Of a stretch of DNA of 64,000 bases, positions 27,161-36,859 are shown piece by piece. The notes under the pieces were generated by a model. It was not told where the DNA came from, did not search any database, and saw only the letters and a program-made list of their open reading frames with translations. Both the position numbers and the translations under genes were made by a program. The DNA lies in IMG/VR virus record IMGVR_UViG_3300042988_000771, positions 1 to 64,000 of that record. One strand, written 5' to 3'. Position 1 is the stretch's first letter, and every line of letters starts with the position of its first letter. The stretch is from a virus.

Positions 27161-27469
27161 TCATCTGGTCGGCTCCGGTTCCATCACGTCGTATCGGCAG
27201 TAGAAGCAGGCGCAGGTGCGCTCATGGGAGTTGACCCACTGGATGGGGGCGTTGCGCTGGGCAGTGCAGGAGGGCAGATGGCGGAAGTCCCTATCCCCAC
27301 AGGTAGGGCAGGTTCGCTCCTCCTCGGTGTACTCCTTGATCTCGTCAAGGATGACGAAGTGTGGGCGCATCCCGTTGATCCTCTGCCGCTTGATGTTCTT
27401 GATCTTGCCCTTCTTGGTCACCCGCAGCCCGAAGGCGCGGTAGACATCCTCCTCGCGAAAGAAGGTCAT
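27161..27469 (-). CDS. Hypothetical Cys-rich protein
   Basis: CPTC...H...C and CACFYC motifs, with ATGA coupling. Confidence 0.5.
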   Translation of the reverse strand: MTFFREEDVYRAFGLRVTKKGKIKNIKRQRINGMRPHFVILDEIKEYTEEERTCPTCGDRDFRHLPSCTAQRNAPIQWVNSHERTCACFYCRYDVMEPEPTR

Positions 27470-27702
27470 GCGTACTTCCCCTTCGGCTCAGGGTCACGGG
27501 CAATGGCAGCGTTCCCCCAGAACATGGCCTCCTCCAACTTGGTGATCGCGAGGCTCTTCTCCCGCCCATCGGGCAGGGAGGAGTCCATGATCCGCGCCAG
27601 GGCCAGGCAGGTGGTCCTCATGGTCTCGTGCTTCTGGACGATCACCTCGTCCTTGGGCGGGTGGTATCCGAAGCGGTTGATGAGGTCCTTGTCCCCGATC
27701 AT
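27466..27702 (-). CDS. Tad1/Acb2-like helical hairpin protein, possible signal-molecule sponge
   Basis: NRFGYHPP...GREKSLAITKLEEAMFWGNAAIAR resembles, as I recall it, the Tad1 C-terminal RE-x-x-x-A-x-T-x-x-EEA-x-x-W helix. Start moved to MIGDKD. Confidence 0.6.
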   Translation of the reverse strand: MIGDKDLINRFGYHPPKDEVIVQKHETMRTTCLALARIMDSSLPDGREKSLAITKLEEAMFWGNAAIARDPEPKGKYA

Positions 27703-27950
27703 GAGCCCTCCATCCAGCGAATGTGCTCCGAGCGCCTCTGGCGCTCCTGGTCCTCGCGCATCTGGGCCACTCCATCCCTGACCAGCCCATCGAGCCTGTC
27801 CAGACCTGAATAGTCGTGGGTGTAGGTCTTCTTGAGCGCTTCGCGCTCCAGCTTCCTGGAAGCCCTGATCTCCACGATGGTCATGTGGATGCCGGTGTAG
27901 GCCAATGCCCCCAGCAGCGCCCACAGGCTGTACTCGGCTATCTGCTGCAT
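27699..27950 (-). CDS. Hypothetical membrane protein
   Basis: N-terminal hydrophobic helix, coupled start and stop. Confidence 0.5.
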   Translation of the reverse strand: MQQIAEYSLWALLGALAYTGIHMTIVEIRASRKLEREALKKTYTHDYSGLDRLDGLVRDGVAQMREDQERQRRSEHIRWMEGS

Positions 27951-28044
27951 CAGTCCTCATCCTCATCGTGTTGGGTCTGGAGGTGCTCGTAGTACTTGCC
28001 CGCAGGCACGCAGGTGTTGCAGTGGGAGCAGACGACGGTGGCGT

Positions 28045-28299
28045 TCATGACTCCTCGCGGAAGTTGCTGGCATTGCGCATGAGCCTGTTCCGCAGAGTGT
28101 CCCCCATGCTCACCACCATGCCAAGGGCTTCGGTGGGCGTGAGCGACTTGGAGGTCATCTCCCGGTACCTGACCTCCCCTTCGGGGTTCAGGCACTTGAC
28201 CACCAGCACGTATTCCAGAGGAGTCCAGCCCTTCCCGAGGTTGAAGAACCCCATCGAATCTCGGGGGATTGCATCCTCAGGTTTTGGCTGTGGCTTCAC
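28045..28299 (-). CDS. Hypothetical protein
   Basis: GTGA overlap with the upstream gene and typical codon usage. Confidence 0.55.
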   Translation of the reverse strand: MKPQPKPEDAIPRDSMGFFNLGKGWTPLEYVLVVKCLNPEGEVRYREMTSKSLTPTEALGMVVSMGDTLRNRLMRNASNFREES

Positions 28300-28760
28300 T
28301 CTGACTGCCCGCCATTCACCAACTGGAGCGAGCGAATGAAGTCCTGTGTGTCCCCCTGCACGACGACAGTGTTGTGGTTGACGGTCCCATTGCCCTGGGC
28401 GATGAGTTCGAGTCCCAGCAGCTTGGCGCGGTGGGCCATGACCCGCAGCACGCTGTCCACGGCCTTGGTGTCCCCGTCCATGGCGGCATCCCACACCGCG
28501 CTCTGGAGGGCATCGAGGCGAGCCATCTCGATGCCGAGGACTTCCTCCCGCTTCGCCATGTCCATCTGGACGGCCGCGCGGGTGATGTACTGGCGCACCT
28601 CGACTTGAGCGGTCTTGCCGTTGGCGTAGCCGAGGACCTTGGCCACTTCCTCCCAGTCCTTGCCCCCGAGGTGCATCTGGTAGGCCTGGTACGCGTTGTC
28701 CTGGACGGAGCCGCGGATGGCCAGCCCGTCCTCACGCATCGCGACGTCGGATCGACTCAT
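28296..28760 (-). CDS. HTH protein, terminase small subunit-like
   Basis: GKDWEEVAKVLGY HTH followed by RLDAL...W..AM.GD..AVD.VL....RAKLLGL, as in actinophage TerS-like proteins. Confidence 0.6.
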   Translation of the reverse strand: MSRSDVAMREDGLAIRGSVQDNAYQAYQMHLGGKDWEEVAKVLGYANGKTAQVEVRQYITRAAVQMDMAKREEVLGIEMARLDALQSAVWDAAMDGDTKAVDSVLRVMAHRAKLLGLELIAQGNGTVNHNTVVVQGDTQDFIRSLQLVNGGQSE

Positions 28761-29178
28761 ACTTCTTCTCCCTCCCCTCCAGGTAGTCCTGCACCACTTC
28801 GATGATGGTGACCTCCCCCAAGTCTACGAGGGCGAGGATGCGTCCCCGTGTCCTCTTGGATGTCCCCGCCCATATTCCGTGACGTTCCGGTGTGGTCAGG
28901 GCATGGGTCAGGCACTGGACAAAAACGGGGCAGGAACGACAGAACTCCTTGACCTCACGGATCTTGGTGATGGTCAAGGAGGTCCTGGTGGTGTAGCCGT
29001 CCTCCTCCGGGTCCTTCTCCCCGAAGAACATGTCGTCGGGCTTCTCCACGGTGCGGCACTTGGCGTTCTCGTGCCACTCGGGCATCAGGTTGCGGCGGAT
29101 CACCTGCTCGGTGACCACGGCCTCGGGGTAGGTCTGGGTGGTGACGAGCAGGTCAGCCCGCACCCAGACTCGCTCCAT
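28732..29178 (-). CDS. whiB: WhiB-family Fe-S transcription factor
   Basis: W...AKC...FF...CRSCPVFVQC...GIWAG gives four Cys and the G-[IV]-W-x-G turn. Start uncertain. Confidence 0.88.
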   Translation of the reverse strand: MERVWVRADLLVTTQTYPEAVVTEQVIRRNLMPEWHENAKCRTVEKPDDMFFGEKDPEEDGYTTRTSLTITKIREVKEFCRSCPVFVQCLTHALTTPERHGIWAGTSKRTRGRILALVDLGEVTIIEVVQDYLEGREKKYESIRRRDA

Positions 29179-29608
29179 AGAGCGCGATGCAGGTGGCGTC
29201 GATGTAGTTCTGATTACCGGCACAAGCCTCAAAGTGGGCCGGATGGCGACGCTTGAGCCACCGAGCGACGAGGTCCTTTGAGGCTGACCCATTGCCTACC
29301 GTCCCGAGCTTCCACGTGGATACGGGGACGAGGGTGGCCGGTGTAGAGCAAGCCACAACGCCACTGACCTGCGATAGGTGGAGGAAAGTCTGGAGGTTGC
29401 GAGCGCCTGCCAGCGGGGGTTCTTCCGCCCACCAGGTACCAGCGGGCGGGAACTGCTGAAGCCAGGCTCTAAGGGCAGAGAGCTCAACGCATCGGTCCTG
29501 CTTGTGGATACGGAGGCTGCTATGGGAGTAGAGATCCAGGCGCCCGTCATCAAGGCGGGCAACGTAGAGGCTCCGTACTCCAAGGTCCACTCCCCAGATG
29601 GCGGTCAT
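29153..29608 (-). CDS. RuvC-like Holliday junction resolvase
   Basis: GVDLG, AEEP, TWK...GNGSASK and DA..IA motifs. Confidence 0.8.
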   Translation of the reverse strand: MTAIWGVDLGVRSLYVARLDDGRLDLYSHSSLRIHKQDRCVELSALRAWLQQFPPAGTWWAEEPPLAGARNLQTFLHLSQVSGVVACSTPATLVPVSTWKLGTVGNGSASKDLVARWLKRRHPAHFEACAGNQNYIDATCIALYGASLGAG

Positions 29609-29640
29609 CTTGGGACGGACTGTAACGCACTCTCAGGCTT

Positions 29641-29856
29641 TTAGTCCTCTTCAGGAAGCGGCGCGTCCCAGTTCTCGCGCTCATGACGATCGTCACGGCC
29701 CTCCACCCGATCGCGCTCCCGCACGCGGATGTTGACCCGACGCTCGTACTTGCGCTCCTTGGCCGCAGGTCCCCATTTGTAGTTGGCCCACAGGCCGATG
29801 GCCGTGGCGATGGCCCCCGCCAGCACGGCTATCGCGCTATCAAGACCTGGCGACAT
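29641..29856 (-). CDS. Single-pass membrane protein
   Basis: N-terminal TM helix and charged tail. Confidence 0.55.
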   Translation of the reverse strand: MSPGLDSAIAVLAGAIATAIGLWANYKWGPAAKERKYERRVNIRVRERDRVEGRDDRHERENWDAPLPEED

Positions 29857-30223
29857 TTAGACGCTCCCTCTGGCGGGCATGGCCCTCCTTGACGTAGGAG
29901 CCTATGGCGATGACCCCCACCGCCAGCCCCAGCCACACCCCTATGGCATCCCAGCCGTGGTCCACCCCGATGAACACGCTTCTGGTCACGGTCGTGAAGC
30001 CGGTGAGGATGAACCCCACCGAGAGCATCCGGGAGTTGTTGACCGCCCATCCTGCGGTGATGGACACCAGTGCCACCGAGGCGAAGGCGATGAGCAGGTC
30101 GGACAGGAAGAGGTTCTCGATCACGTCGATGTGGAAGAGGTTGAACGCGAGGATTCCGAGCAGGTAGAGGCTCAATCCCAGCCCAACCGGGTGCCAGCCG
30201 CGCTTGTTGATGAACCTGATCAT
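29840..30223 (-). CDS. Four-helix membrane protein
   Basis: Four hydrophobic segments. Confidence 0.6.
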   Translation of the reverse strand: MIRFINKRGWHPVGLGLSLYLLGILAFNLFHIDVIENLFLSDLLIAFASVALVSITAGWAVNNSRMLSVGFILTGFTTVTRSVFIGVDHGWDAIGVWLGLAVGVIAIGSYVKEGHARQRERLNVARS

Positions 30224-30265
30224 GCCTGCTCCATGGTCCTATTGTCCCCCGAGCGTCTACCGTCC

Positions 30266-30493
30266 CTACAGGCTCAGGAAGCCCCACGACTCCACCAGGG
30301 GAGGCGGAGGGGGAACGGGGTCGAACAGGAAGCTCGTCAGCATGGCCTGCACCCCGACCCCGGTGTAGGTGGTCGCTGACGCTGAGGGGAACCCTGACCC
30401 GCTGAAGATGTGGAAGCGCTGGCCCCCGTAGAAGCGCATGGGGTAGCCATCGACGTCCAGCGGCCCCAGGTGCCTGGGCGAGACGATGCTCAT
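30266..30493 (-). CDS. Hypothetical structural-block protein
   Basis: ATG at 30491-30493 is coupled to the upstream stop. Confidence 0.5.
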   Translation of the reverse strand: MSIVSPRHLGPLDVDGYPMRFYGGQRFHIFSGSGFPSASATTYTGVGVQAMLTSFLFDPVPPPPPLVESWGFLSL

Positions 30494-31290
30494 CAGCCGT
30501 TCGCAATCTCGAACAGGGCGTTCAGCCCCGCTGATGTCGCCGCGCTGGCCACCCACAGCGCGGTGTCCTGATGGACCGGCATCAGACCGGTCTCGAAGAG
30601 GTCGTAGAAGCGCTCCTCGGGGATGGTCCATGACATGGTGGGGAACAGTGGCAGTTTCCTGAGCACCCAGACGTTGAACGATCCTGTGGTGAGCGAGGTG
30701 CCGACGATGGTGATGTTCTGGACCGACTGCACCCCGGTGTCGCCTGACTGGAGGGTGAAGTAGTTCACGTATCCCGCCGCCCTGCCGGACATGCCTGTCT
30801 GGCTCGTCACCCGGCCTGCCGTCCCGTCCTGATTGGTGTAGCCCACGGTCACCGCCGACGTCCCAGACGAGGTGGCCTCACAGACCTCCCACGCCAGCAC
30901 CGTGTTGGTGTAGTCGGAGTTGGGGATGCGTCCTGAGTAGGACGGCTGGCTGGCGAGCGTGAAGGTCTGCACGGTCAGGTGGGACAGCGCTCCCACGCCG
31001 AACACCGCGTCGTAGATGGTCACCAGCCCCTGGCCCGACTGGGCTACCTGAAGGCTGGCCAGGTACCCCGTCGCCCCTGCCCCGAAGGTGTCGATGTGGG
31101 GGAAGCCAGCAGTGTCACCCGTGGGCACGATGCCCGTCGTCGTGTTGCCAAGCGTCAGGCCTGCCGACGATGCCGCCAGAGCCGTGGGGTATCCGACCTG
31201 AACTCGCGGCCCTGTGCCTTGCAGGATCTTCTGGTAGGAAAGAACCTGCGTCGGCGCAGACCGCAACTGCTCCAAGGTCGTGATCGCCAT
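30493..31290 (-). CDS. Virion beta-sandwich protein, paralog of 31290-32099
   Basis: MAITT...YTNQDGTAGR...LQSGDTGVQSVQ...EIANG. Confidence 0.65.
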   Translation of the reverse strand: MAITTLEQLRSAPTQVLSYQKILQGTGPRVQVGYPTALAASSAGLTLGNTTTGIVPTGDTAGFPHIDTFGAGATGYLASLQVAQSGQGLVTIYDAVFGVGALSHLTVQTFTLASQPSYSGRIPNSDYTNTVLAWEVCEATSSGTSAVTVGYTNQDGTAGRVTSQTGMSGRAAGYVNYFTLQSGDTGVQSVQNITIVGTSLTTGSFNVWVLRKLPLFPTMSWTIPEERFYDLFETGLMPVHQDTALWVASAATSAGLNALFEIANG

Positions 31291-32099
31291 TACAGGTTCG
31301 CAATCTCCAGCTGACAGTCCACCGTTCCGCTGGAGGTGGAGTCGGGGATCATGCACACCAGCAGCGCCGAGTCCGCGTAGACGATGGGCAGCCCCGTCTT
31401 GTCCAGCCCGTGGATGTCCTGGAAGTTGGCTGCTGGCACGCGCCCCGTCCACAGCGGACGCATGACGTTGATGTTGAAGGCACCCGTAGCCGCAGCAGTG
31501 CCGCCCACGACGATGGTCTGGATCGACTGGACACCCGAGTCGCCCGCCTGAAGGGGCAGTTCGACCCAGCGCCCGATCACGAAGCCCGACAGGGAGGCCG
31601 TGGTGCCCGAGGTCCGTCCCGTCGTGCCCGCCTGGTTGGTGTAGGTGACGTAGACCGTCGTCGCGCTCGAAGCCAGCGTGGTCGTGACCTCAAGGAAGAT
31701 CCTCAGCCCCGTGTAGTCGGAGTTGGGGACGCGGGAGGAGAACGAGGGGACCGAGGCCAGCGTGATCGTGCGGGTGGGGGTGGTGGCGTGCGCTCCGCAG
31801 GAGAACAGCCGGTCCCACACCTCAAGCCTGCCTGCCACGCTCCCGCTGAAGTTGATCCGCGACAGGTAGCCGGTGGCGCTCCCTCCGAACGCGTTGATGA
31901 CCGGGTATCCCGCCGTGGCATCGGTGGGGACCACGCCGTTGGCGGTGTTGCCCGCCGACAGCGTGCCCGCGCCGGGGTTGCCCGCCTTGTCGAAGGATGA
32001 GCAGCGGTTGGCTGCCACGACGGTGGTCGTCGCCGTCTTCACGTACGGGATGATCTGCTTCGATGACGCGATGTAGTCATCGACGGACGTGATGGCCAT
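31290..32099 (-). CDS. Virion beta-sandwich protein, paralog of 30493-31290
   Basis: MAITS...YTNQAGTTGR...LQAGDSGVQSIQ...EIANL. Confidence 0.65.
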   Translation of the reverse strand: MAITSVDDYIASSKQIIPYVKTATTTVVAANRCSSFDKAGNPGAGTLSAGNTANGVVPTDATAGYPVINAFGGSATGYLSRINFSGSVAGRLEVWDRLFSCGAHATTPTRTITLASVPSFSSRVPNSDYTGLRIFLEVTTTLASSATTVYVTYTNQAGTTGRTSGTTASLSGFVIGRWVELPLQAGDSGVQSIQTIVVGGTAAATGAFNINVMRPLWTGRVPAANFQDIHGLDKTGLPIVYADSALLVCMIPDSTSSGTVDCQLEIANL

Positions 32100-32122
32100 T
32101 TACATCTCCTCCAAGGGGTTGC

Positions 32123-32347
32123 TCACATCAACTCCGGCATGACGTAGATGCAGGCGTTCAGGGCGTTCATGGCGGCCAACTGGACCTCCATGCTCGGGTC
32201 GGTGGACAGGATGTTGTACATATCATCCCGCCCAGCGGACTTGGCGGCGACGATCTTGGCGCACTGGAAGCAGGTTGCCGTCTCATACAGCCCGCAGGTG
32301 ACTCCGTGAGTGGAGTGGCCGCACTCGGCCAGGTGTGGGTAGGGCAT
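32123..32347 (-). CDS. Small Cys/His-rich protein
   Basis: CGH..H..TC...CFQC, preceded by an SD (AGGAG). Confidence 0.55.
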   Translation of the reverse strand: MPYPHLAECGHSTHGVTCGLYETATCFQCAKIVAAKSAGRDDMYNILSTDPSMEVQLAAMNALNACIYVMPELM

Positions 32348-32355
32348 GTGATCTC

Positions 32356-32712
32356 CTAAGGCTGGAACGTCACGTAACTAGACCAAGCGCCAGCGCCTAT
32401 CGCGTTGACTGCCCGAAGGCGGAAGTCGTGAGGGTCGCTGGAGCCGTCCATCATCGCAACGTCAGCGAGTGAACCGCTGACAGGACCGAACGATCCAGAA
32501 GTAGGGCTGAACGTCTGATTGGTCGCCTCCCACTCGTATCCGGTGATCGCTGATCCGCCGTTGCCGGGGACCGTCCATGTGATCGCCAGCCACCAGCCGC
32601 CAGCGTCCTCCCACGTGTTTCCCCAGTCGACAGCGAGATTGGTGACCTGATCGGGAACTGTGGCGACAACCTGCATCAAGAACGGGTTGATCAGGAGGTT
32701 CCCGCTCATCAC
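32356..32712 (-). CDS. Fibronectin type III domain protein
   Basis: P..VTNL...ITWTVP.NGGSAITGY...FRLRAVNAIGAGAWS. Confidence 0.78.
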   Translation of the reverse strand: MMSGNLLINPFLMQVVATVPDQVTNLAVDWGNTWEDAGGWWLAITWTVPGNGGSAITGYEWEATNQTFSPTSGSFGPVSGSLADVAMMDGSSDPHDFRLRAVNAIGAGAWSSYVTFQP

Positions 32713-34184
32713 GGCACCGTGTAGTAGAGGACGACTTTCAGGCCCTTGGCCCCTGTCCCGGCCACGTCGATGTCGAAGGTGATCTCCGCATCGTCAGCGA
32801 TGCTCGTGGTGACCAGGGAGGTGGCCGTGGCTGCTGTCGTGGAGGTCTTCTCGTTCGCGTCGATGGCCAGCTTGTTGGTGGCATGCAGGATGGAGGAGCC
32901 GCCCACGTTGATGTCCACCGTGGGGTTGCCCGAGCTGGACGCGGTGTTCAGGCTGGCGCGGGGGATCTGCGTGAGGATCATGGCCGAGGGCGCTCGCATG
33001 GTCACCTTGGCCGTGCCTGTCGTGATGGCTGTGGCCTCATCGCTCAGCGCCACGGTCATCGTCTGGTTGAGGATTCCGCCACCCGTGGAGTCCCGGTAGC
33101 GGATGAACACCACGAGGTCGGACCCCGCGACGGTGGAGCCGATCTGGTCGACGTCCACCGTCAGGTAGTCGCCCGCCGCGAAGGAGGTGACGTCCATGTT
33201 GGTGACCTCAGTCGCATACAGGGCGGAGTCAGCAATAGCCGGTCGGTTGCCCTGCGTAGTGAAGATCGTGGTGCCGTTCTTGTTCACGTCCACAATGAGC
33301 GAGGCACCCGTGGGTGCTGTCCCCACAGCCGCGCTCACGCCGAGGATCGTGGCGGCGAAGGGGAAGCGGAACTTGGTGACGCCGGTAGCCACCGCAATAG
33401 TCCCAGCACGCCCGTAGGGGATGACCGACTGGCCGATGGGCCCCTGAGCGCCGGGTGCGCCGTCTGCTCCAACCCCGCCGAAGGGACCGACCGTGGACCC
33501 GTTGATGCGGGCGTAGAGGCCGCTCGTGGTGGTCCAGAGGTCGCCATTGGCGGGTGAGGTCGGGGCCACCCCGTGAGGGAGGTTCATGCTCGCGTACCCC
33601 GCCACCGAGGTGGCGAGGAGGAACTTGCCACCAGCGATGCTGGCGTAGGTGGGGTAGACGAAGAGGTTGGTCTCCGCCCCGGTGTCGTAGGCGCGGATCT
33701 TGGCGTGGCCATCGGTGTACGCGATGATCTGGGTGACGGTGTTCGTCGCGCTGTCTGACGAGTAGAACGCCCCGCTGGAGCCGGTCAGCATCATGTTGAC
33801 GTCTTTGGTCCCGGCAGCCGAGAAGACGTCGACGGAGATCAGGGCTGGCGCTATCGACACGCTGCCGTAGTCCGTGGTGGGCGCGGCAGGAGCGCGGGAG
33901 ATGGTGTCGAACGTGGAAGTGGTCGTCGTGGTGGACGTCTCGTCAAAGACGTTGCTGCCCGTGAAGGTCTGGTTGTTGGCGAGGTAGACGTCTCCGCCCC
34001 CACCACCGGTTCCCAACGGGCCGACCGTTGCTCCGTTGACCCGCACGTACAGGCCTGCGGTGGTCGTCCACACGTCCCCGTTGGTAGGAGCGGAGGGCGC
34101 CGTACCGTGAGGGATGTTGGCCGAGGCCCCGGCCGTCGTGGAAGCCGGGAAGGTGAAGGGGACTAGCGACTTCCTGCTCGCCAT
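32709..34184 (-). CDS. Tail fibre-like protein with internal repeats
   Basis: Two PHG.AP..P.NGD.WTT..GLY.R.NG.TVGP repeats, a short collagen-like stretch and two tandem C-terminal beta domains. Confidence 0.65.
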   Translation of the reverse strand: MASRKSLVPFTFPASTTAGASANIPHGTAPSAPTNGDVWTTTAGLYVRVNGATVGPLGTGGGGGDVYLANNQTFTGSNVFDETSTTTTTSTFDTISRAPAAPTTDYGSVSIAPALISVDVFSAAGTKDVNMMLTGSSGAFYSSDSATNTVTQIIAYTDGHAKIRAYDTGAETNLFVYPTYASIAGGKFLLATSVAGYASMNLPHGVAPTSPANGDLWTTTSGLYARINGSTVGPFGGVGADGAPGAQGPIGQSVIPYGRAGTIAVATGVTKFRFPFAATILGVSAAVGTAPTGASLIVDVNKNGTTIFTTQGNRPAIADSALYATEVTNMDVTSFAAGDYLTVDVDQIGSTVAGSDLVVFIRYRDSTGGGILNQTMTVALSDEATAITTGTAKVTMRAPSAMILTQIPRASLNTASSSGNPTVDINVGGSSILHATNKLAIDANEKTSTTAATATSLVTTSIADDAEITFDIDVAGTGAKGLKVVLYYTVP

Positions 34185-34193
34185 AGACGAACT

Positions 34194-36044
34194 CTATCCG
34201 TGAATGACGAAGCGGTAGGTGTTGGCGGTAGGTGCAACCGCGAAGTTGAAGGTGGTCACCGAGGTGCTCGTGCACACCACGTCGACCTCCACCTGCGAGA
34301 GGGTCGCCACCTCGTAGACCTGGGCCATCACCCACTGCTGGCCGAGGTTGTGGGTGATGGCGATCGAGGTGGCCGAGGCGTGCGTGGCCGTGGTGAACAG
34401 CTGCGGGACATGGGCGTTGTTGGTGCCCGTGCGGTCCACTGCCACGGCGTCTGCCGTGACCGCGATGCCCGTGCCCGCGCCCACCGCGAGGATGTTGGAG
34501 GACTGGGTGAGGCCGTTGCCCGCCTGCGTGGCCGTGACCGTGAACATGAAGGCCCACGTGGAAGTGCTGGTTCCCGGCACCCATGGAGTGGCGGCAGTGG
34601 CGGTGCAGTAGTAGAACGTGTTCGCCACGCCCGTACCGGCTTCGACCGGGACCACCGTTCCGATGCCGATCTCGCCATTCGCATCAGCGTCTGTCGCACG
34701 CGTGGGCGCACCCGAGGAAGCAACGATGTAGATGCCGTTCTCAGCCGCTGCCGTCTGGCCTGCCAGCAGGATGCGGTCGCCCGTGGCCAGCGTGAGGCCG
34801 TTGAGGGTCTGGCCGTTGGCGTAGGCGGTGGCGAGGGCCCCCTGCGTGAGGGCGATGGTGCGGACCGAGGCCTTCCAGTCCAGCCCCTGAATGAGTCCCT
34901 GCACCTGTCCCCATGTGGCCGCGTCAGTGGCCGCCGTGCCATCAGTCAGGTTCGTGATCTTGTGCGAGGCCATCGAGAAGTCGGCGGTGGTCGCACCGAG
35001 GTGGTTGATCGTGACTGCCGAGTGGGCAGCACCGTCGTGGGTCGGCCCCTGATGCTGGTGGTTGGCCAATGCAAGCGCAGTGCCGGTTCCGTTGGAGTTG
35101 GTCCCTCCGAATGCAACGGAGACGGGGGTTCCGATGGCCACATCGAACTTGACGTCCGACTGGGACGAGACGTCCGTGGCCGTGGCCGTGGTGTAGGTGC
35201 CGTTGACGAAGTTGATGACGTTGCGCTGGGTGATCGCCGCAGCGTTGTTGGCCTTGATCGACTGGTTGTAGACCGTGCCGCCAGCCGAGGCCCACGTACC
35301 CGGCGTGCCGCCCGCGGTGCAGACCCACATCACGCCGTTCTGGGAGACGATCCAGTCACCCGTGACGAACGTGCCGGTGGCCGGAGAGCCCGAGGCGGTG
35401 GAGCCGACGTAGCGGGAGGCGGCCGTGGCACCCGTCAGGCCAGTGGCGATGAGCGCCGTGCCCGAGATGGTGTTCGACATGGTGATCGAGCCAGTGCCCG
35501 ACACCGCCGCGTTGAAGGCGTTCGTGCCCGACCACGTGTTGTTCGCGCCGAAGACCCAGTTGCCGACCCGCGCCCAGGTGCCGGGGGTGCCGCCCGAGGT
35601 GTTGATCCAGACGTCGCCGCCCGTGGTGACGATCCAGTCGCCCGTGGCGAAGGTGCCCGAGGCCGGGGCGCCGGAGGCCGTGCCGCCCGCGTACTTGGTG
35701 GACACCGCAGCGCCGGTCTGGCCGGTGGCGGTGTGCTGGGTGGCGCTGAACACGCCACCGACGCTGGACCCGCCCACGCCGGTCAGGTTGATGGTGCTAT
35801 TGCCCGTGACCGCGCCGTTGAAGACGTTGGTGGAGGTCCACGTGTTGGCCAGTCCCAGCAGGGAGGCCGGGTTCAGGTTCACCCAGGCGGAGTTGCTCCG
35901 GTACCACGGGGAGTGGGAGACCGTGTCGTGGTAGATCTGGCCCTCAACGGGGGTGCCAGGAGCTGCCGCCAGGTTCTGGATGACAGCGTTCTGGATCTCC
36001 AGCTTCTGGAAGTCGAAGGGTACGCCTACCTTGCGTGCGGCCAT
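34194..36044 (-). CDS. Tail fibre protein
   Basis: QGLDWKASVR...GDRILL..QT.A.ENGIY fibre motif, two GTF.TGDWIV...GGTPGTW repeats and a C-terminal ITHNLG domain. Confidence 0.7.
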   Translation of the reverse strand: MAARKVGVPFDFQKLEIQNAVIQNLAAAPGTPVEGQIYHDTVSHSPWYRSNSAWVNLNPASLLGLANTWTSTNVFNGAVTGNSTINLTGVGGSSVGGVFSATQHTATGQTGAAVSTKYAGGTASGAPASGTFATGDWIVTTGGDVWINTSGGTPGTWARVGNWVFGANNTWSGTNAFNAAVSGTGSITMSNTISGTALIATGLTGATAASRYVGSTASGSPATGTFVTGDWIVSQNGVMWVCTAGGTPGTWASAGGTVYNQSIKANNAAAITQRNVINFVNGTYTTATATDVSSQSDVKFDVAIGTPVSVAFGGTNSNGTGTALALANHQHQGPTHDGAAHSAVTINHLGATTADFSMASHKITNLTDGTAATDAATWGQVQGLIQGLDWKASVRTIALTQGALATAYANGQTLNGLTLATGDRILLAGQTAAAENGIYIVASSGAPTRATDADANGEIGIGTVVPVEAGTGVANTFYYCTATAATPWVPGTSTSTWAFMFTVTATQAGNGLTQSSNILAVGAGTGIAVTADAVAVDRTGTNNAHVPQLFTTATHASATSIAITHNLGQQWVMAQVYEVATLSQVEVDVVCTSTSVTTFNFAVAPTANTYRFVIHG

Positions 36045-36053
36045 GTCTATCTC

Positions 36054-36458
36054 CTAGGTGCAGTAAGCCGTTCCGGCGAATGCGAACGACGAGCGTGAGT
36101 ACAAGGAGTTCAGGTCGATGTACTCGATTTCAGTCTCCCATGACGTTCCACCAGAGTCCTGGACCGCGACGTTGGGGTGGTACCCGAGGTTGTGGACGAT
36201 CAGCCAGACGTCCGAGGCAACCATCTGGTCGTGCTTGTAGTAGACGTTCCCCGTGACCGTGACGTCGCCGGGATCGCCTTTGGGTCCGGGTGGGCCGGGG
36301 ACTCCGGGGTCCCCAGCGGGGCCGGTTCCGCCCTGCAATCCGGTGGCGGCGATCTCCACCACGACGACGGCAGGCTCAATGACCACCTCTGGGGGAGCCG
36401 TGGTGTCCACCGTGACGACGAGGAGGTCCTCGTTGAAGGTGACCTCGGAGACGCTCAT
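36054..36458 (-). CDS. Collagen-repeat fibre-associated protein
   Basis: G-x-y run (GPAGDPGVPGPPGPKGDPGD) and W.IVHNLGYHP domain. Confidence 0.7.
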   Translation of the reverse strand: MSVSEVTFNEDLLVVTVDTTAPPEVVIEPAVVVVEIAATGLQGGTGPAGDPGVPGPPGPKGDPGDVTVTGNVYYKHDQMVASDVWLIVHNLGYHPNVAVQDSGGTSWETEIEYIDLNSLYSRSSFAFAGTAYCT

Positions 36459-36847
36459 TCGGCCACGTTCTTCCAGACGATCCAGTCACCCACCACGAAG
36501 GGGACCTCCTGGCCGGACGGCTCCTCCAGGAGGATGTCCAGCTTCCCGCTTCGCAGGCCCACCAGGGTCATGTCCTCGTCGGGTACGACGATCTTCACCC
36601 AGGTCCCTGTCAGGGGCGCGAGAGCCGCCTCGAAGGTGATCGACCCATCGTCCGATGAGGCGGTGACGACAGGGGTCTCGTCGTACTTGGCGGTCATGGC
36701 GAAGCGGGCCTTGTAGCCCGTGGAGTTGGTCAGGCCAGCGTGACGGATGTTCATCCGCAGGGTCCTGCCACGGAAGACCAGGACGCTGATGGAGCCGTCG
36801 TCGTTGAGGACGATCGGCTGCTTCGGGGTCGGGTTCCCCATGAGCAC
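36455..36847 (-). CDS. Baseplate/fibre adaptor-like protein
   Basis: Beta-rich, first gene of the fibre block, preceded by GGGAGG. Confidence 0.45.
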   Translation of the reverse strand: MLMGNPTPKQPIVLNDDGSISVLVFRGRTLRMNIRHAGLTNSTGYKARFAMTAKYDETPVVTASSDDGSITFEAALAPLTGTWVKIVVPDEDMTLVGLRSGKLDILLEEPSGQEVPFVVGDWIVWKNVAE

Positions 36848-36859
36848 CTCCCAGTACCA

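Noticed and set aside
30493-36044. Diversity-generating retroelement behind the repeated fibre segments
   Set aside because: No reverse transcriptase was seen. The repeats are in-frame protein duplications without an evident adenine-specific mismatch pattern.
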